Of a DNA stretch of 64,000 nucleotides, positions 60,084 to 64,000 are shown one piece after another (the first letter of the stretch is position 1; each line of letters opens with the position of its first letter). The notes beneath the pieces were generated by a model. It was not told the origin of the DNA. It saw only the letters and a list, made by a program, of their open reading frames with translations, and made no database searches. Both the position numbers and the translations under genes were made by a program. The DNA is from Squalus acanthias (taxonomy: Eukaryota). The stretch is taken from positions 139,192,001-139,256,000 of the forward strand of contig CM059431.1 in the NCBI GenBank assembly GCA_030390025.1, given 5' to 3'.

Positions 60084-61298
60084 TTGTAAGAGAGAGAGAA
60101 GAGGAAAGTTACCAGGGACACACACGGAAATGGCCAGCGGTGTAGCTACCTCGGGTGATATACAAGGGAACCATATTAATAGCGAGCACTAAAGAGAATG
60201 TTAAAAAGAAAGAAAACATTTCACCGCCAAAATAGAGGTATACATTCCGTGATCCTTCCAGCAGAGTCCGGCTGGAAGTTGCCAAGGGAGCGGGATCCGG
60301 AGGGATGGCTGGGAGCAGGGTTTGGAAGACTATGGTCAGTTAGAGATGTCTGTAATCCGAGGAATTTTCCACATTCAGTAAACTGAACAAAATTAGTAAT
60401 TGAATCAGTGTCACGGAAACCACGCAGACAATATGTAGTGAGCGGCCTCCTGTACAGGGGAAAGAGAACCTCGCCGTCCCGCGGTACAGGGAGGGGTTTC
60501 GAGAGCCGACTCCCCACGATTAATCGCCCAGAATAGCGCCTCGCCTGCCGCCCGGACTGGAAGGACAACCACTGAGATTCGCAAGCTTATTCCAGTGCTT
60601 TTGTGAATTTACAGTGAGGATGATATCCGGAAATTATTACAATATCCGGGAAAGGTACTATTTAATGTTATTTGTCATATTACACAACCCACTACATAGA
60701 ATGACCAGGAGATTACTGATACAGACAGATAATCAGGGGTGGACTCATCAGGAAGAGTTGTCAGCGCGTAGTTCTAATCTCCTTACGTTGGACAAAGGCA
60801 GACATTAAAGTTTTATGATGTGGCATAATCTATAGTGCTAGTAACGCTTCGCTAACGTGATGATAACATGTCAACGCGTTCTGTTTATTTCTAATTAATA
60901 GGTAACGCATTAACCCATTAAGCCATCTTGTAATTTATCTAATGGTCTTAATGAGCATGGGCGTCGCTATCATTGATTTTCTCAAGGTTTGTACCTTACT
61001 ATCACATCTAATCTCACACCTTCTCTATTAGACTATTGTATTCAGTCAGTCTTCTGACCATCACCTGTCTGCTTCGCTCGGTGCCCAGACACACCATGTC
61101 AGATTATTACTCCATTAATGTAGGGTCACAGTTTCTAATCTTAGTTAAAATATGTGTAAGTTCCTTCAATATTGAAAAATGTCAAATAAAGTTATTAGAA
61201 TTATTAGGGTCTTCTCCACCTGGCCTACCCTTGTCTACACTTGCGCTTATAGACTTATTAGAGGAACTGATTCTCACAAAAACGCACAGCATGATGCA

Positions 61299-61396
61299 AA
61301 ATAAAAACAGAAAATGCTGGAGATACTCAGCAGGCCAGGCAGCATCTGTGAAGAGAGAAACAGACTTAATGTTTCTGGTCGATGACCTTTCGTCAG
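61299..61396 (-). mobile_element. Penelope-like pLTR remnant with hammerhead-like core
   Basis: Minus strand CTGACGA-AA-GGTC(ATC)GACC-A-GAAAC followed by CACAGATGCTGCCTGGCCTGCTGAG...CCAGCATTTTCTGTTTTTATT. Confidence 0.7.
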
Positions 61397-62019
61397 CATG
61401 ATGCGAAGATTGCTGGAGACCTCACGCTTCAGTTGCTGAGCAGTAGCAGGGTGATCAACCCCAGCTATTCCTAACTTCACGTCAGAATGGTCAGGAATTT
61501 ATCCCTGAGCCAAAAGACAATGAAGTCCCGGAATTTGGGAACTTTACCCTCGGTTTCCATTAGCTTTCATGAGTTCATCATTCCAAAGAATTGGAGTCAA
61601 TGCGTGAAATTTCTATACAGGTCTTAGGAAATGACCAAAGCTTATTTTATCATTATGTATAAAGAAGAGGTAAACAGTGGTCTAACTCACGGGGCACGCT
61701 GCAGCAAAATCTGGACCATGATAGGTTTCACAGAAACTATTTTATATGAAGGAAAAGGCAGTAACCAATTTATAAATGGTATTTGAATCCCTGGCATCTC
61801 CATCAGTTTGAGATTAAGAATTTCGGATACAGCTGTGCAAACATCCTCTTCGATTTTACGAACATTAGCGACAACGACAGACAGGTTTATATTTAGCTGC
61901 AAAACAAAACCTAATGCTATGCACACGAGATATCAGAATGGAAAGAGAACGGACAAGTTCAATGGATCGACCGCCAGACATTCACGGGTTTTTGGTGAAG
62001 GCGTCTTTAAATTCAAAAT

Positions 62020-62830
62020 CATAAGCGGGACATGTTCTGAGTCCATGTTCTTGAATAATATATTTATGAGTGACTTGGATGAAGGAATAGAGAGCTGAAT
62101 CTCCAAGTTTGCAGATGACACTAAGTTAGGAGGGACATAAGTAGTGCAGATGGGAGCAGAAAGTTCCAAAGGAACATTGACAGATTAATTGAGTGGGCAA
62201 AACTGTGCCAACAGAATTCAATGTGGGGTCATCGACTTTGGACCCAAAAAATAAATATCGTGTTATTGTCTAAATGGTTAGAAACTAGGAGCAAGCAGGT
62301 TTGGGAGTCCAAGGAAACAAATCAATAAACGCTAGTAGACAGGCTCAGAAATAGTCAAAAGGACTCATGCACTGTTGGTCAATATCTCAAGGGGCTGAAA
62401 TACAAAGGGGAAGAAGTTCTGCTTCAGTTGGATAGAAACTTGTTCATTCCCCATCTGCGTTTAGCTTTTGGCAACGCAACTCAAGAAGGATATCTTGGCC
62501 TTGGAGGTGTGAAGAACAGATTCACTAGAATGATACCGGGGCGTAGACAGTTAATTTAGGAGAGCAGATTGAATAAACTTGGATTCTATGCCCACACGCA
62601 AATAAGATTAAGGAGTGAACTGATGGAGGTGTTTAAAAGTGGATATCTGGTACACTGTCACCCAATTGACCTTATTAAGACTGTGGTCGACAGGGTGTTG
62701 TTAGGTTATGGTACTTGGGATATGTATCAAAGGAGGGTGAATGTGGCTGAGGGACAGAGCAGCCATGATTTAATTGAATGGGGGGAAAGGCTAGATGGGC
62801 TGAATGCTTTAGTCCTGATCGATGTTCCTA
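62020..62830 (+). mobile_element. Old CR1 3' fragment
   Basis: IFMSDLDEGIES*ISKFADDTKLGG and decayed C-terminus. Confidence 0.8.
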
Positions 62831-63416
62831 TGAAATGCATTGACTAGTCAGGAGGCAAACCTCTGACCTGCAATTATAGCCACGGTGTTGTCGGGTAAGT
62901 CCAGTTATGGTTCTAACCAGGTGGTAGTGGTGGGGGCGGGGGGCAGTTCCAACACTTTTAAGTCCTGCCCATTAGTTCTTGCCCTGGGACATATGTCAAC
63001 TTCTCCATCTAGTTTGGTATTAGGTGCAAATTTTACCAATTTGCAAACGGGCCAAACATTTATCCTGGGGAAACATCAATCACTCCTCCGCCCACTCTGA
63101 TTTAACTTCTATAATAGTTTGTAGTTGTATTTCAGCATTCGGCCACTTAGTTATCCATTTGACCATAGATAATATTCTGATAGCATCGTGTTCACTTTAA
63201 GTTTATTATTCGCATAACAGTATTAACCTGGGAGTAAATCTGCTGACGCAATCTGTTTGTTCAAATGACTGTAACTAATATCAATGATCAGGGGGCAGAG
63301 CTGTGCGGGTGGAGATTTAGCTCCCCTATTAAACTGACTTCATTCAATGTACTGCTCAGATTTTACACCGGGGGTTGTGCACTCGTCACGATAGAAACCG
63401 TCGTTTCTCAGAGAAG

Positions 63417-63483
63417 ATGGGAGTAGTACTTAATGAAATAACAACGATTTACTACCCTATTCTTGCTGCTGTCGGCGTTCCTG
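63417..63483 (+). CDS. GPR139/GPR142-like GPCR, coding exon 1 (gene continues off the right edge)
   Basis: AAGATGG Kozak context, MGVVLNEITTIYYPILAAVGVP plus 1 nt, then GTAAG; same IYYxILAAxGxP motif and phase as exon 851-920. Confidence 0.82.
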
Positions 63484-64000
63484 GTAAGCGCTTATACACA
63501 GACAGTAATTGCATAAATCGTTGGTAACAGTGTTTCTGTTAGTGTTGCATGTCTGACAGAACCGCAGCTCTTCTTTCCAGCTCTGGTACACAGTTTGTGA
63601 CCTGTGTTGTCAGTTCACCCCTAAGATTCCCCGGTTAATTAACGTGGTGCTTTCTTCCAAACTACAATCTTAAACAAAATTGCCGTGTTATTCTCTCCAC
63701 TGAATATCGTTCAGTCTTTTGTCCAGATCATATACTGTATGAGATAAGATTTTTAAAATATTTGTTCTTGGGATATGGGCAAGGCCACAATCATTGTTCA
63801 CCTCTAGTTTCTCTCAGAAGTTTGTGGTGGGCTTTCTCCAAGAACTATTGCCGTACTAATGATGATGCATCTCGCACGATGGCATTGGTTAAGAATTGCA
63901 GGATTCTGACTCAGCAGCGATGAAGAGCACGATATAGGTGAAAGGTATGATTGTGTGTGACTGAAGGGGGTGGTGTTTGCACAGCGCTAATGCTCTCATT

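Noticed and set aside
60614..60808. Possible exon 1 of the GPCR pseudogene (NIRERYYLML)
   Set aside because: Wrong strand, lacks the ILAAxGxP end and GTAAG donor.

Overview
A repeat-dominated vertebrate window, most likely from a cartilaginous fish (inferred from the CR1, Deu-SINE and Penelope content and the two-exon GPR139-like receptor genes). Host genes: an intact single-coding-exon B3GALT5 (minus strand) whose candidate non-coding first exon/promoter is duplicated and separated from the coding exon by an 11.5-kb 23-bp satellite, and three members of a GPR139/GPR142-like GPCR family (one at each window edge, one pseudogene). Mobile DNA: more than a dozen CR1 LINE pieces, one apparently intact and young CR1 (ORF1 esterase + ORF2 APE/RT), a full-length PIF/Harbinger transposon (transposase + spliced Myb/SANT partner) with a non-autonomous relative and MITEs, two Penelope-type remnants with minimal hammerhead ribozyme cores (one a near-perfect 193-bp palindrome with a 12-bp TSD), a Deu-domain SINE and a decayed retroviral envelope-like gene. 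The most striking signal is the ORF1/ORF2 junction of the intact CR1: ORF2 has no usable AUG, lies in the -1 frame, and a U UUA AAC slippery heptamer sits in the correct phase directly before the ORF1 stop, predicting programmed -1 ribosomal frameshifting to a ~1296-aa ORF1-ORF2 fusion. All family assignments come from reading motifs by eye; no database searches were run.
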